Assembly (NCBI RefSeq): GCF_030684315.1
Contig: NC_081387.1
Coordinates: 1,344,497 to 1,408,496 of the forward strand
Length of the DNA: 64,000 nt
DNA from: Stegostoma tigrinum
Lineage: Eukaryota
Reading direction: 5' to 3'
In this document: positions 49,695 through 63,344 of the stretch, one piece after another
Layout: each line of letters starts with the position of its first letter
Position numbering within the stretch: position 1 is the stretch's first letter
Notes under the pieces: generated by a model
Databases searched by the model: none
What the model was told of the DNA's origin: nothing
What the model saw: the letters and a program-made list of their open reading frames with translations, nothing else
Translations under genes and position numbers: made by a program

Positions 49695-49929
49695 CCTTTG
49701 TGTTCCTGAGATGCTGCTTGGCCTGCTGTGTTCATCCAGCTTCACACTCTGTTATCAATGCTCTGAAAGCTTGTGATTTCAGATAAACCTGTTGAAAAAT
49801 GAATGAATCACATGATTAGTTGCTGTTGAGTCTAAATTTCAGCCCTGGGCTAAATTTGTGACCAGAATCTGTCAGTTATTTGCTTTTAAAGGAATCATGC
49901 TAACAACAGGCAGCGTCTATGGAGAACCC

Positions 49930-49946
49930 TCTCTCTCTCTCTCTCT

Positions 49947-50004
<58 letters not shown>
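49930..50004. repeat. (CT)n(GT)n microsatellite
   Basis: Direct reading. Confidence 0.95.
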
Positions 50005-50005
<1 letters not shown>

Positions 50006-53000
50006 TTTTGGGCATATAAATGGATTTCATAGAAACAGGTTGTTTGAGCCTGTTCCCCATGCATTATGGTCATGGCAGATCATTCAACGTAATAACCTAG
50101 TTTTGCTTTCCCTCCATTTTGGTTGGTTCCTTTAAGCCCCAAGTGATACATCCAACTTCTTCTTGAAATCAAAGAGTGCTTTAGCCTCGATTGCCTTCTG
50201 CCACAGTGAATTCACAGCCTTATCACTCTCTGGTGAATAAATGTTTCCGCTCTTCGGGCCTAATTGATTTCTCTTGTATCCTCAGATTCCTGGTCGAACC
50301 TCCAGTCGTTGGGAACATCCTTCCTGCATCGACTCTGTCTGGTTCTTTAAAACGTTATCATTTATAATGAGATTCCCCTTGACTATTTATCTGAACTCCA
50401 GTAAATTTAATCCTAACCAATTCAAGCTTTCCTCATACATCATTCCTGCCATCCTCGGAATCAGTCTGGTCAATATTAACTGTACTCCCTGGACAGCATA
50501 GCATCTTTGCTGAGTTAAAGGGAGATAACTGCACACAATATTCAATGTGTAGTCAAATCCACGAGCTATCCGTGAGTCAGCATTTGTCTTCATAAGCACC
50601 TACTGCACCAACGTGCTTGCCATCAGGAAGATCTGGTTGGACCTTCCCCTCTCTCGATTTTTACTCATTCAGATAATAATCCACTTCCCTGTTTTTGCTC
50701 CATAATTAGATAAGCTCACATTTATCCACACTATGTTTAATCTCCCACGCATTGATCACTCAGCCCATCCAAATCACACTGCTTTATGCACAGAAACACT
50801 CCATAACCTTTACTTCAACAAGAAAGCTACAAATAGCCTTCAAATTCACTGAATTAAGGAAAATCACCATTTATTTCAATTGAAGTAGGTATTATCACAT
50901 TATAAGTTAGGTCCCAGGCTGCCACCTGGCTAAGCAGACCACAACGTTGCTTTGTTTTACTTTGAACAAAATGGTCTTTAATGAAGCATAAGCACAAAAT
51001 TTTACAGATTTTGTTTCAAAGCTTCTTAAACAAAATAAATGAAGATAAAATAGGATACAACAAACCACTGATTTATATACTCAAATATGTTAAGTCCAAC
51101 TTAGAAGTCTAATCCTAAAAATTCCAAAACACATATTTGTAAATTCCAAAAGGAAAAAAAGAAATCATTTGTAGCATAGCCAAGAGGAATCTCTGTGTGT
51201 TATTCACATCGGATTCCCATCTACAACCCATCAGTTAACCGTGCCTTTGATGTATTCACTGGATCCTCTAATGGTTTATCTCTGGAACTATTCTACAGCT
51301 GCAGTTGAATGAACTTGGCATGGTGGCTCAGTGGTTAGCACTGCTGCCTCACAGTGCCAGGGATCTGGGTTCAGTTCCACCTCTTTGGTGACTTTCTGTG
51401 TGGAGCTTTCCCATTTTGTACATGTTTCCTCCCACAATCCAGTTTAAGTGGAGTATCAATGAGCAATGTAGTGTTACAAGGGTAGAGTAGGGAGGTGCGT
51501 CTGGCTGGGATGATATTCTGGGTGCTCAGAGCTGACTTGGTAGTCCAAATAGCCTGCTCCCACAGATCAGGGATTCTATGACACTTATCTTCAAGAATTT
51601 GTGATCTGGGAATGGGGTTAACTCCTTACTTGGATGTAACTTTAGCTTTACTTCTCCGTAGAAGTGCTCCTTACTTGTTTCTCTATGCAATAACTTCACA
51701 CAACTGCCTCACTAAAAGCAAAAACAGAAATGAAAACTCTCCGCAAAATAAAAGGTATTTCCCTTAAAATTTAAAAAAAACTGTGCCTAATATTCGAGCA
51801 GAAATTTTGAGGTATAATTGCCTTTTACTCGGCCTTAAAATCCAGAAATAGAAAAAGAAAGGGTCATCAAAATAGCCCACAACAAACAGTGACATATCAT
51901 CATGTTTAGAGAAATACAGGTTTCTTTTTAATTCACTCATGGGACAGGGGTGGGGAGGGACTGTGTCTATGATCCATTCCTAGCTGTCTGTGAGAAGGTG
52001 GTAGTGAAATGCCTTCTTGAGCCATTGCAATCTTATGTGCTTTTGATGGATCCACAATCTCCCCAGGGATTTTTGACTCAGATACACTGAAGGAATAACA
52101 ATATATTTCCAAGTCAGGATGTTGGCAGGCTTGGAGAGAAACTTTCTGGGAGATGGCATTCCCATGTATCTTGTCCTTCTAGATTGTCGAAGTTAGGACT
52201 CTAGAAGCTGCGAAGAGGCATTTGTGAGTTTCAGCAGTGTGGCACTCACTGCTACTAGTGAGGTTCAGAGGTGGAGGGTGTGAATGTTTGTGGGTGTGGC
52301 GTCAGTTGAGTGTGCTGCTTTGTTTGGATGGCGTCAAGCGTCAAGTGTTGTTGGGGCTGCACCCATCCAGGCAAGTGGGCATATTCCATCACACTCCTGA
52401 CTTGTGCCTTATAGATGCTGGTATTGTCAGTAAGTCAGTTACTCTGTGCAGCATTCCTAGACGCAGACCTGTTCTTATAACTAGTCCATTTCAATTTCTT
52501 CTCAACGATAACCCCCAGGATAATGATAGTGACAGCATCAGTGATGATAACACCAATGAATAATGAGAGGTGGTGCTTAGATCGTCTCTTATTATGGTTA
52601 TGGCCTGGCATTTGTGTAGTGTGAATGTTACAAGTTAATTATTATCTTCAGAGAGACAGAGAACCAGTATATAATCAAATCAGAATCCTGAAAACAAAAT
52701 AGAAATGTGACTAGTGTTTGAGACACCAGCCTGCTAATCCCTCTTGATGAACAAGATGCTGGACATCAGTCTGCTGATCTGTCATTTCTTAAAAAAATAG
52801 GAAGGGAAAGCACAGTAATAGACAGGATGCAGTTTTATGTGAATAAATTCATGTGTCTGAGAAATTTAGAAATCTCTGTTGTTTAATTGCCTTGAGCTGG
52901 GCATACACAGCACTGATGATGGTTAAAGCTCAATGTTCCTAAACAGGAAAAAAAACTGGCATTGATTAATCAAATGTGATAGCTGCTCACTATCACAGTG

Positions 53001-53221
53001 ATCACTTTGCCCCGGCAGCTTGAGTTCAAGACCCATTCAGTTATGGATATCAGCTTTTACCAAATGACAAATTAAAGCAAAAAATCAATGAATAAAAAAA
53101 GTGATGAAATTGATTCCATGCTCTTCATATTCTCTGGGATGGAAGTTTCTGATTTCCGAATTTTATTTTTCTGTTTGTTCAACTGGTTTGAAATTGTGAC
53201 ACAGGACTTCATACATCAGTT

Positions 53222-53262
53222 TTACATTGATGAACTTGAGGATGTTTCTTCCAATTCAATAG
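53222..53262 (-). CDS. MHC class I terminal cytoplasmic exon (coding part)
   Basis: ttttgcacag| then (A)IELEETSSSSSM-TAA. Serine-rich tail typical of class I. Candidate AATAAA at 53167-53162. Confidence 0.7.
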
Positions 53263-53456
53263 CTGTGCAAAAAGCAACATTTATATCAAGCTGACAATGT
53301 ACAACATGGGAGATGTTACTGACATTGGAAAAGAGGCAGAAACAGACAGGAAGATATAAACATGTAGAGACAGCGGGAGAATAATACGAAGAGAGGCTGA
53401 CAGTGTGAGGCAGAAAACCGAAGGCAAAGTGGGAAAGAGACCTGAAAAATGAGTGT

Positions 53457-53506
<50 letters not shown>

Positions 53507-53784
53507 GAGAAAGAGAAAGACAGAGCTGAACAGACAGAGAGTGTGAGGCAAAAAATAAGCAACAGTGAAAGAGAATAGAGAGCTGCGGACAGTATGTGCT
53601 ACCTACAGACAGTGATAGAGACAAATACCATAAATAGTTAGAGGCAGAAGAATGGGAAGAAAGGAAAGCGAGAGAGAGAGAGAGAGAGAGAGAGACCAAG
53701 AGCGACAGAGAGAGAGATAGATACAGAAGTGTGAAATTCATAGCCACGCATCCACCCTGAAACTGAATAGATAACAGTACTTAC

Positions 53785-53817
53785 CTTTTACTGGGCTGAA
53801 ACCAATCTTCCCTTCTC
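53785..53817 (-). CDS. MHC class I cytoplasmic exon 1 (33 bp)
   Basis: tttcag|GAGAAGGGAAGATTGGTTTCAGCCCAGTAAAAG|gtaagt encodes (G)EGKIGFSPVK. A 33-bp phase-1/1 exon is typical of class I exon 6. Confidence 0.8.
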
Positions 53818-54019
53818 CTGAAAGGTACAGAATGAGACAGAAAAATAAGGTATCCAAATTCCTTAATTGCACTGAATTGAAAACATGAGCTCAAAATTTG
53901 ACAGTGGGGTCTGTTGAAGTTTTGCAGAAGGGCTCTTGCTAGGAGGCCTGGATTCAAAACCCACCTTCTTCAGAGGAGTATGGTAATGTTTCCAATCAGG
54001 TTGATCAGGAAATGGAAAA

Positions 54020-56520
54020 TGTTAGAATCATAGGGTCATAGAGTCATACAGCATGGAAACAAGCTCTTCAGTCCAAGAAGCCCATGTCCATAACCCCAAA
54101 CTAAACTTATCTCACCTGGCTGCTCTCAGCCCATATCCCTCCAAACATTTCTTATTTAGGTACTTCTTGAAATGTCTTTTAAACTTTGTAACTACCAGTA
54201 TTCCACCACTTCCTCTTGAAGTTCATTCCACACATGAACCACTCTCTGTGTTAAAAAATTGCCCTCCCTTTACTCCTCTCATCATAAAAATATTCTCTCT
54301 CATTATGAAATCCCCCACCTGAGGGAAAAGACACGTGCTATTCACCTTATCTATACTCTTCATCATTTATAACCCTCGATAAGGCCAAGCCTTAATTTCC
54401 TATGTCCAGTGGAAAAACGTCCCAGCCTACTCAGCCTCTCTTTATAATTCAAACCCTCCATTCCCAGCAATATCTTAGTAAATCTCTTCTGAGTCCTTTC
54501 CATCTTAGTAATGTGCTTCCTATAACGGAGCGACCAGAACTGGACACACTACGCCAGAAGAGGCCTCACTAATGTCCTGTACAACCTAAATACGACGCCC
54601 CAAATCCTATACTGTGAGATCTGAGCAATGAAGGCACACTGTCTATATGTGACACAAACTTCTAAGTCTGTACCTGAACCCCTACTTCTCTCTGTTCTGT
54701 AATTCCGCCCAAGGCTCTACTTTTAATTGTACAAATCTAGCTGTTTCATGGGACTGACTGAAGCTGTTTTACCGGGCTGGGAAGCACGTCCTTGCATTGT
54801 GTATATGCCATAACAAATGTTGCTATAAGGGTGTAAATGTTGGCTCCATACTTATCCTGCTGCCCCTGATATTTCTAAATCTACACTCCAACAATCAATG
54901 TTACTGCACGTACATACCAGCTGGTTTCCTTGAAGCACCTCTCTGCCCCTCTCATATCCTCTTTCTCCACATTCAGTTCGATGGTAATCTCTGTCCATCA
55001 CAGGACTGACTAAGATGATCCCACAGCTACAGTTTAACTCAATCGAAATATGTTTTCTTTTTCATATCTGTTTGGATTTGAGAGAGACGGCCATACTAGC
55101 GTTTACTCGTCATCCTAATCAGGAAATTAGAGGCGGAATCTTATGTCTCAACTTTATACAATCAATGAAGACAAGCAAATTATTGGAGAAGCCTCTGAAG
55201 GATAGGATTTACTCGCATTTGGAAATGAATGGACTTGTTAGTGATAGTCAGCATGGCTTTTTGTGGGGATGTCTTGTCTCACAACTGTGATTGAGATTTT
55301 TGCAGAAGTAGTGAAGATGATTGACAAGAGTAGGGCAGTGGGTGTTTTCTGCATGGATTTTACTAAAGCATTTCACAAAGTCCCTCAGGATCGGCTGGTT
55401 CAGAAGACAAGGTCACAATTGTGATTTATTGAGTTCAGTACAAAATTAGTTTGTTTGTGGAAGATAGAGGGATCTTGTGGAGATGTATTTTTCTGACTGG
55501 ATGTCTGCTACCAGTGGTGTTCTGTAAAGATCAGTACTGGTACACCTCTGTTGTTTGTAATGTATATAAATGATATGGATGAGCTGGTCTGATGGAGAAG
55601 TTTGCAGGCAACATGAAAATCAGCGTAGTAATAGATGTTGAAGAAGGTTGCAAAGTGATAGAGCAGATAAAGACCAGTTAGAAAGTTGGGCAGCGAAATG
55701 GCAAGATGGATTTTAATCCGGACAAGAGTGACATGATGAATTTTGCAGCTGGTCAAATGCAAGAGGAAAGTTTACAGTAAATGGAGACCTTCAGAAGCAT
55801 TGATCTTGGGGTAGAAATTCCATAGATTCCTGAAAGTGGCAATGCGAGTGGACAAGGTAGTAAAAAATGGCATGTGACATGCTTGTCTTCATTGATTGTA
55901 TAAAGTTGAGAAGAATAAAAGTTGAGAAGTCATGTTACAGCTGTACAAAACTTTAAATAAGCCACTTTTGGAGTATTGTGTGCAGTTTTGGCCATCATAC
56001 TATAGGAAGGATGTGAAGTCTTTGGAGACGATGGCAAAGAAGTTTACCAGGATGCCATATGGATTTGAGTGCGTGAGCTAGAAGTAGAGGATTGAAAAAA
56101 TTGGATTGTTTTCACTCGAGTACCAGAGGCTGAGGGATGACTTGCTAGAAGAAAATAAAATTATGGGAGGCATGGACAGGGTGGACAGTCAAAGAATTTT
56201 TCACAGGATGGAAATGTCAAATACTCAAGGGGTGTGCATAAGTTTAAGGTAGAGGGAGAACATTTACAAGGGATGATGAAACTGACTTTTTTAATAATAA
56301 GATGGTATGTGCCAGCAACGTACTGTCAGGAAAGGTGGCAGAAGAAAATACATTAGCAAAGTTTAAGAGACATTTCCACAAATACATAAATAGGCAGGGA
56401 ATAGGGAAATACAGACCATGAGCAGGCAGATAAGATTCATTTAGAATAGTGTCGTGTTTGGCATAGCAAGTTGCACTGAAGGGCCTTTTCTTGTGCTGTA
56501 TTTTTCTATATTCTATGTAT
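54020..56520. mobile_element. CR1 fragments in class I intron (minus 54020-54740, plus 55160-56520)
   Basis: Degenerate CR1 ORF2 motifs (SQHGF, DFxKAF, RPLLEYCVQFW). Confidence 0.8.
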
Positions 56521-57209
56521 TGGTCTAAGCTATCTTTCAGATCTTTGTGCCAAGCTGTCTTTAAGATCAGTTCCATGATTCTGAACCAGCACCACTGAAG
56601 AAATTCAATATGGTTATTAGTCAGGATAGTCCATAACTTAAAGAGGGTCTTCTAGATGGTGGTTTGCCCATGCATTTGCTTCCCTTCTCCTTCAGGAGAG
56701 GTTGAGGTAATTGTTGCAAAGGTGCTCTTGAAGGACCCTTGATGAGTTACTCGAGTGCATCTTACAGGCACTGTTGTCCCTATATGTCAGTGGACGGACA
56801 GTGGAAGATGATGGATTGAGTGGCAGTTGAGCAGGTTTCATTGTCCTACATTGGTTCAAACTACTTCATAGTTATTGGAGCTGCATCATTGAAGCAAGTC
56901 TGCTCATGCCTCCACGGTATCTCTATGGTTGGCCCATTTCATCTTCTCATCAATATTGTGTCTCACAAGCATTATTGTGGTGACTTCAGTGATTGAAATG
57001 TTATTGAATGTCAAGGGATATTGGTTAGATTCTGTCTTGCTGGAGGCCATCATTGCTTGACAGTTGTGCCCTGGGAAAGTTGATTGCTAATCATTCTGCC
57101 CTCGTCTGGATGTCATCAAAGGTTTTTTTCTGATTTTTGATTACTTCAGGAACTGTGGACACTGAACTGTTTTTGAACCTTTTGAAACGATCAGGGAATA
57201 TTTCAAATC

Positions 57210-57242
57210 AAGTCCTACCAGACCATAAGGCTGCTCTGTCAT

Positions 57243-57294
<52 letters not shown>

Positions 57295-57435
57295 TGACTG
57301 ATGGTGGTTTAACCTGAGGGCTGACATAGATCAGATGAGGGGAAAGGTTAAGAACTTCAGCCACTGATGGGAATTGAACTTATGATGTTGGCAGCGTACT
57401 TCTTCAAAATCCATCCATCCAGCCAACTGAGCTAC
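57210..57435 (-). mobile_element. tRNA-derived SINE with internal (GA)n
   Basis: Minus strand starts TAGCTCAGTTGGCTGGA...GTTCAATTCCC. (GA)n run at 57243-57293. Confidence 0.6.
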
Positions 57436-58870
57436 ACTGACCCTCACAGCTCCACCTCTGGCATCATGTTGGAGAAATGGATTTTTGATGAAGAAATGGA
57501 ATATTTTTGGGTTTAGAGCACTACCCTGAGGAACTCAGGAAGTTCTGTACTGTAACTGAGATGATTACTCCCCACAGCCACAACCATTTTATCATGTAAT
57601 AGACTTGAGACTGCATACAGAATTGTCTTTTGCTTGACTTCCAGTGAGGCTAGTTTTGGTGGATTTCCTTCAAGATCCATTCAGTGAAATATTTTGAAGA
57701 TGGATCACTGGGATAGAAACAAAAGGTTTGTTTTCTTTACAGATACTGCCACACCTCCTCAGGTTATGCACATCTGGAGCTAAGCTCATTTGTTCAAGCT
57801 TGGACCAAGGCTATAATGAAGCCAGAAGCTAAGTGCCCTTGCTGGAATCAACAGAATGTCACTGAACAGGTTATTATTGTGTAGGTAACAACTGATATCA
57901 CTGAGGCAGACCCATTCCATCAGTTTATCGATAGTTAAAAGCACATTTATAGAACGGTAAGTCGGTGAGTTGGATTTGTCTGCTTTTGTCTTCAGAACAT
58001 AACTAGTCAATTTTCCGCATTGTCAAGTAGATGCTGGTGTTACAACTGTCATGAAAAAGCTTGGCAAGGTGTGTACTAAGGCAGGAGCACAAGTCTTCAG
58101 CGCCATTGCCAAAATATTGACAAGGCCAATGTGGTCAGTAATGATGCTGCTGAGCCACTTTTGGTGGTGGCGTTTGCCCTCCCCAACCCAAAGTACATTC
58201 CATACTCCTGTCACCTTCAGCGCTTCTTCACAGTGGTGTTCATCTTGGAAGAGCACAGACATGTCATTTGGAGAGATAATGTAGATGGAACAAGTGAGAG
58301 ATTTTCTGAGTGATGATTAACACCTGATATGTCACTAGGTCCAGACAGAATGTTGACATGACTAAGGTATTTCACTCCAGACTTTGCAGAGCAGTTCTCC
58401 TGCAGGGTATTTCTGGGAATTGGGACGGAAGTGTCTGGAATTTTTTCTGTCAGTTATGATTGTCTGAGTAGGAGCATATCAGGCTGATATTTGGATTATG
58501 GGATAACTCACTGAACTTTGGTACAGCTCCACGTGGGTTACTATGGGGAATGCTGGAGGTCTGATCAGTTGTTCTGAGCAGCAGATTGCAGTCTGACAGC
58601 AACGCTGCATGGCCTGTCTTGAATCATTTTTTTCTGTCAGCTTATTAGCAGTTTTGTTCAATGGGGTGCGATCATAGACAGTCTTTATGACTCTGACCAA
58701 AAGTTTTCCTTCACTAGCTATTTTTAAAAATCTGAATGTAAATTTCACCATCTGCTTTAGTGGGATTTGAACCTACAGCCTAATGATGTTAATGCTGTGC
58801 TACAGCTTCATCATGCAGTAACATTCAAAGCTCTTCAATGTGAAAGAGATGGCACTTCCCCCTCACTTAC

Positions 58871-58993
58871 CTCTGCACCTCCAGGCAGTCCCAATGAGGG
58901 CAATAGCAAACAAAGCAGCTAAAACAAGCATTATAATTTTGAAGCTGGGATTTCTTTTCCCTGAACATCCTGGAGGTCCTCGGAATGTCCCAT
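58871..58993 (-). CDS. MHC class I connecting peptide + transmembrane exon
   Basis: Encodes (D)GTFRGPPGCSGKRNPSFKIIMLVLAALFAIALIGTAWRCR(G). CAG acceptor at 58996-58994, GTAAGT donor at 58870, phase 1/1. Confidence 0.9.
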
Positions 58994-59264
58994 CTGTGGG
59001 GATGAGGAAAGACATATAAATGAGTAACCAGAGAGGCTGCTGATTCAGAAACATCAAAACAAAAACCATGATTGGGATTGAGACAAATTTTCACTGATGA
59101 TGTCCAGTCTGAGCAGTGCAAGGTGAAGGTTGTCTTGTTTAACAATGGATTAAAAGTAAGTTAGACGCAGTTCAGCAATGATTCAATTGTTGCCTGGTTT
59201 GTGGAGAGTTGTGGGGGTGGTTGGCTGTTTGAGGAGGGTTGGAATGGGATGCTCCATCTCTTAC

Positions 59265-59540
59265 CCCAGTCTCGCCTGTCTGCTCCTTCCTTGCTGCTAT
59301 GCTCATACTGGCAGGAGTAGGTAGATTTCTCCTCAAGGTCGATCTCTGCCCATGTCCTTATTTGGTAGGTGCCATCATGATTGGGCACCACGCCAGAGGA
59401 TATGTTGTACTGGATGGGATGTCCATTTCTCAGGAGAGTCACATTGATAGAGCGGGGGTAAAATCCTGTGAGGAGGCAGGAGAGTTCAGCTGGTTTAGTG
59501 GCTGATGCCTTGTTCACAGAGAGAAAAACCTGAGGAGAAA
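59265..59540 (-). CDS. MHC class I heavy chain, alpha3 (C1-set Ig) exon, 276 bp
   Basis: Encodes (V)SPQVFLSVNKASATKPAELSCLLTGFYPRSINVTLLRNG...GVVPNHDGTYQ...YSCQYEHSS...DW, with C-x3-GFYP, PNxDGTYQ and YxC motifs. Phase-1 AG/GT boundaries; size is typical of class I exon 4. Confidence 0.96.
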
Positions 59541-60829
59541 CTGACAGGATAAAGTTGGTCAGAGTGGAGTTGGTGAGAGACAGGAAATGGTAGTTCATCT
59601 GGGAATTAGACCCTAATTGGAGGAGATGGTATACTCCTTTAAATTAGGGATCCGACCCTGACTCCAGGGAATGGTAAATAACCCTTCAGATGGCATGAAG
59701 TTGAATACCGTGGGTGCCCAAAGGTGTTCAAGTGTATAGATCTTTAAAATTTCATGAATAGAAGCAGAAAACAATTAAGGAAGCTCATGGAACACTGGAT
59801 TTTATTTCCCAAAGCCTGGAGAATAACAAAAGCTATGCTGCAGTTTTGCAAAACCCTGGTTTGACCCAGCTTGTACTTTGAGCAGATCTGTGCACCATAC
59901 CTTAGGAAGGGCATTTGGGCTCTGGAGAGAGTACAATTTAAGAATGGTACCTGGACTTCAGCGGATACTTTATGAGGAAAGGTGTATCATTATACAACTT
60001 AGGCGGTTGGCTATTTTGAAGGTTAAAGGGAGATCGGATTGATCTCTATATTAACAGGAAAATATGGTCGATAAAGATAATACCAATTCCCCTGATTGGG
60101 TACTATGGAACTAAAAGGCATAGTCTGAGAATTAGGGCCAGACTGTTCACGAGAGATGCTCATGTTGAATTCTTTAAACTGTAGAAATAGTGTTGAGTTC
60201 TTTAAGCTGTAGATCAAAATTCATTAACAGGGTCATAGTGCACAAGAGTGGAGATGAATTGACGAACTAGTATGATAAACCGGTTACAACTTAGCTGAAG
60301 TATTGTGTACAGTTCTAGTTTTCACTTCTAAACCACATGCTGTAGGTAAGATACACATATGTTGGAGAAAATACAGAAAATGTTTTCAGGAAAAGATCCA
60401 AGTTTGAGGAACTTCTGCTGTGTAGGAAAATTGTTGAAGGAGAGACTGATTTCCTTCAGGGGAGAGAAATTTGAGGACACTGGATCAAAGAAAATATAAA
60501 ATCATTTAGTATCTGGACTGAGTGAATAGGAGGGAACTCCAAATCAAGTCGAGAAACAGAAAACATAGTTATGAAGAGTTTCAATACGGTTCACAGTTAG
60601 AAATGGTTGAAGTATGGGATGCTCTGCCTGGAAGTGACTGTTGTGTTTCAGACATTCAAGAAGGCCTGGATCATTATATAATTGGAAACAAGTTGCAGTT
60701 ATGTGGAAAAGGCAGGGGATTGTCATGAAAGTAAAACGTATCTACAAGGTCTGAACAGCTAATCTGCGCTCTGAAATTGTCCTGTGCTTCTGAGATAGGT
60801 TACTGATCCAAGCTATGGTGCCGACCATT

Positions 60830-61240
60830 TAAAGTGGGAGATGAGAGACTGACTGCTATTAGATAGCATGCAGCCCTTTAAATGGGGAATTGAAACCCAA
60901 TTAAAGGAAATGATAAATTATCTATTAAAAGAGTTATTAAACTCTAACCCAAGAAAATGGTACACTCCCCTCTAAACTAGAATGTAGACCCTGATTCCAG
61001 TGAATGGCACATGCTTCTTAAATTTGGGATTAGAACCTGTCCTGGGGAATTCTGCACATCTGTTTAAGTTGTAAATTAGATCCTGTCCCAAGAATGGATA
61101 GTATTAATTTAAAATAGAGAATAGATTCCTGCCACTGGGAATGAAACCTGGCCCTTTAATTTGGAAATGAGACATCCCTATCCAGAGAATGGTGCATTTG
61201 CTTTAAATTGATTTGAGTCTGACCCAGAAAATGCCATCTC
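60830..61240. repeat. Degenerate ~45-bp tandem repeat in class I intron
   Basis: TTTAAATTGGGAATTAGACCCTGnnCCAGAGAATGGTAC-like units. Further copies at 59600-59690. Confidence 0.75.
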
Positions 61241-63344
61241 TGAACACACAAAAGTACAAAATGGGACAGAAGTAGACCACTGGATCACTCCAGGCTGCTC
61301 CACTATTTAATAAAACCACATATGTCAAATTATACATGTCCTTTCATCACCAATACCCCCTCATTTATTTGTCAAACAACAAATCTATCCAGCTCTGTCC
61401 TAACAATATCCAGGGACCAGCCAACATCCAAACTTTCAGACACATGGAGTTGCAACGTTTTATAATACTTTAGAGAAAACGCTCTCGTCATTTCTCTCAT
61501 GACAGACAGTCACTGCTCGTCAAGCTGATTCCCCTAGTTTTGGGCTTGCCCAACAGAAAAAGCATCCTTTTCACATCCATATTGTTGAGAACATTCAGGA
61601 TGTTGGACATTTCAAGCAAATTAACCCTGAGTCCTCAAAGCTGGAGTGGAAACAAACCCAACCGTCCAACTCACACTCATAAACAACCCACTCATTCCAG
61701 TTATCAAACCAGTTAACCCCCTCTAAACGCTCAACATCGCGGGGGCTATCATTGGCCAGAAACTGGACAGGGCTAATCAAAAAATTGTTGCTGCTGCAAG
61801 AGCAAAACAGAGACTTGGAACCGTCAGCAGAGTCACTCACCTCCTGACTCCACAAAATCTGTCCAATATCTACAATTCTCAAGTGATAAGTGTGGTGGAA
61901 TGCTCCCCACTTGCCTGGATGAGTGCAACTTGCACAAAAATTTTTACACCATCCAGGGTGATGCACTCTTTGTTTGGCATCACATCCAGATACACTCATT
62001 CTCTCTGCCAACAATACCTAGTAACAGAAACGTACACAATGCATTGCCGAAATTCATCAAAGCTCCATACAAAGCACCTTCCAAACCCATGGCCACTGCC
62101 TTTTAGATGGAGATAGGCAGCAGACACAATGGAGGATCGCCTTTCATAATTTCCAATACAAAACACTCAACAACCTCACCTGTAAATATATCACCAATCC
62201 TTTCATACCAAAATCCTGGAGCTCCCACCCTTGACTGCATTTGGATCTGTTTAGAGAATATGGATGCAGCAGTTTTCTCCAGGGCATCTAGGGACGTGTA
62301 ATAAATGCTGGCCCAGCCAGCAATGCCCACATCCATGACTGAATAATGTGAAAATACTAAGTCATTAAAAGGTGCATTTTGTCCTTTTATTTTAGAAGAG
62401 GCTTTAAGACAGAGGCACAGAGCTGTCTATTTAAATTGAATAAAGTAAACAGTTTGGGAGGCATTGTGGGTCTTTTCTAAAGTTGGAACAATAGAAGCAG
62501 CCTGAATGAATGGGATTAGTCTCCCACAGGACCAGGACTTTTAGTTTTATTTTTTCAGTAGCGGTTTTGCTGGGATCTTGAAGTTGCTTTGGAAGCTATA
62601 GTTCATCTGTCCCTGCTACTCTGTCTCTCAAAGCCTTCTCTGGATCTTTTTCCTCCAGGACTGGAGAATTGCCTGTGAGACTAACTATTTTACTGAACTT
62701 GCTTTTGCTAAGGGTGTGTTTATGGGATATTTTTATTTTGTAATAGTTAATTAGTCATGGTTAACATGTCTATTATTTTGATAGACTTACAGATAAGCCA
62801 ATCCTTTTCATTTTAGTTTGTCTGTATTTTAACTGCAAAGTGTGTTTTGCTTAATGTTGATTAGTCTGACCAACTGAATTGCATCTGGAACACAACATCT
62901 TTCACTTACCTTTAAAATAAGCAAAAGTCAGGATCTAGACTATCTTCTTAAAATATTTTAAGGGGTTTAGGTACAGTCCATAACAGTTATAAAAAAAAAA
63001 GAGCTATCACCAATGTGTTTACATCCTTCTTTAAACAAGGAGACCCTGAAACCGCACACAGTATTAAGATGCAGTCTCACTGATACCTGAACAACTGAAG
63101 AATAACATCTTTCCCTTTTTCTTCAATTTGATCAGCCTACATGTATTTGCTAACAACGTCCTTATGCCTTTTTCACATCATTATTCCTGAACCTAACAAA
63201 ATTAGCAAGAAGCCTTAGCTCCCCACGTTTTAGTTATTGATGTATCAGCTGAGGAGCCAGCGCAAACCCCTGTAGATCACACTGATGACATCCTGTCAAT
63301 CAGACAGAGACACCTTTATGCATATTTCTTCCACCAGGCAGAAT

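Noticed and set aside
51317-51385. tRNA-like sequence
   Set aside because: Head of an HE1/V-SINE continuing into the SINE body; not a tRNA gene.
59265-59540. Assignment as class II beta2, B2M or Ig constant domain
   Set aside because: The PNHDGTYQ motif, a separate TM exon, a 33-bp cytoplasmic exon and a Ser-rich last exon match class I.
62370-62985. Possible solo LTR ending ...CCATAACA
   Set aside because: Left boundary and TSD could not be established by eye.
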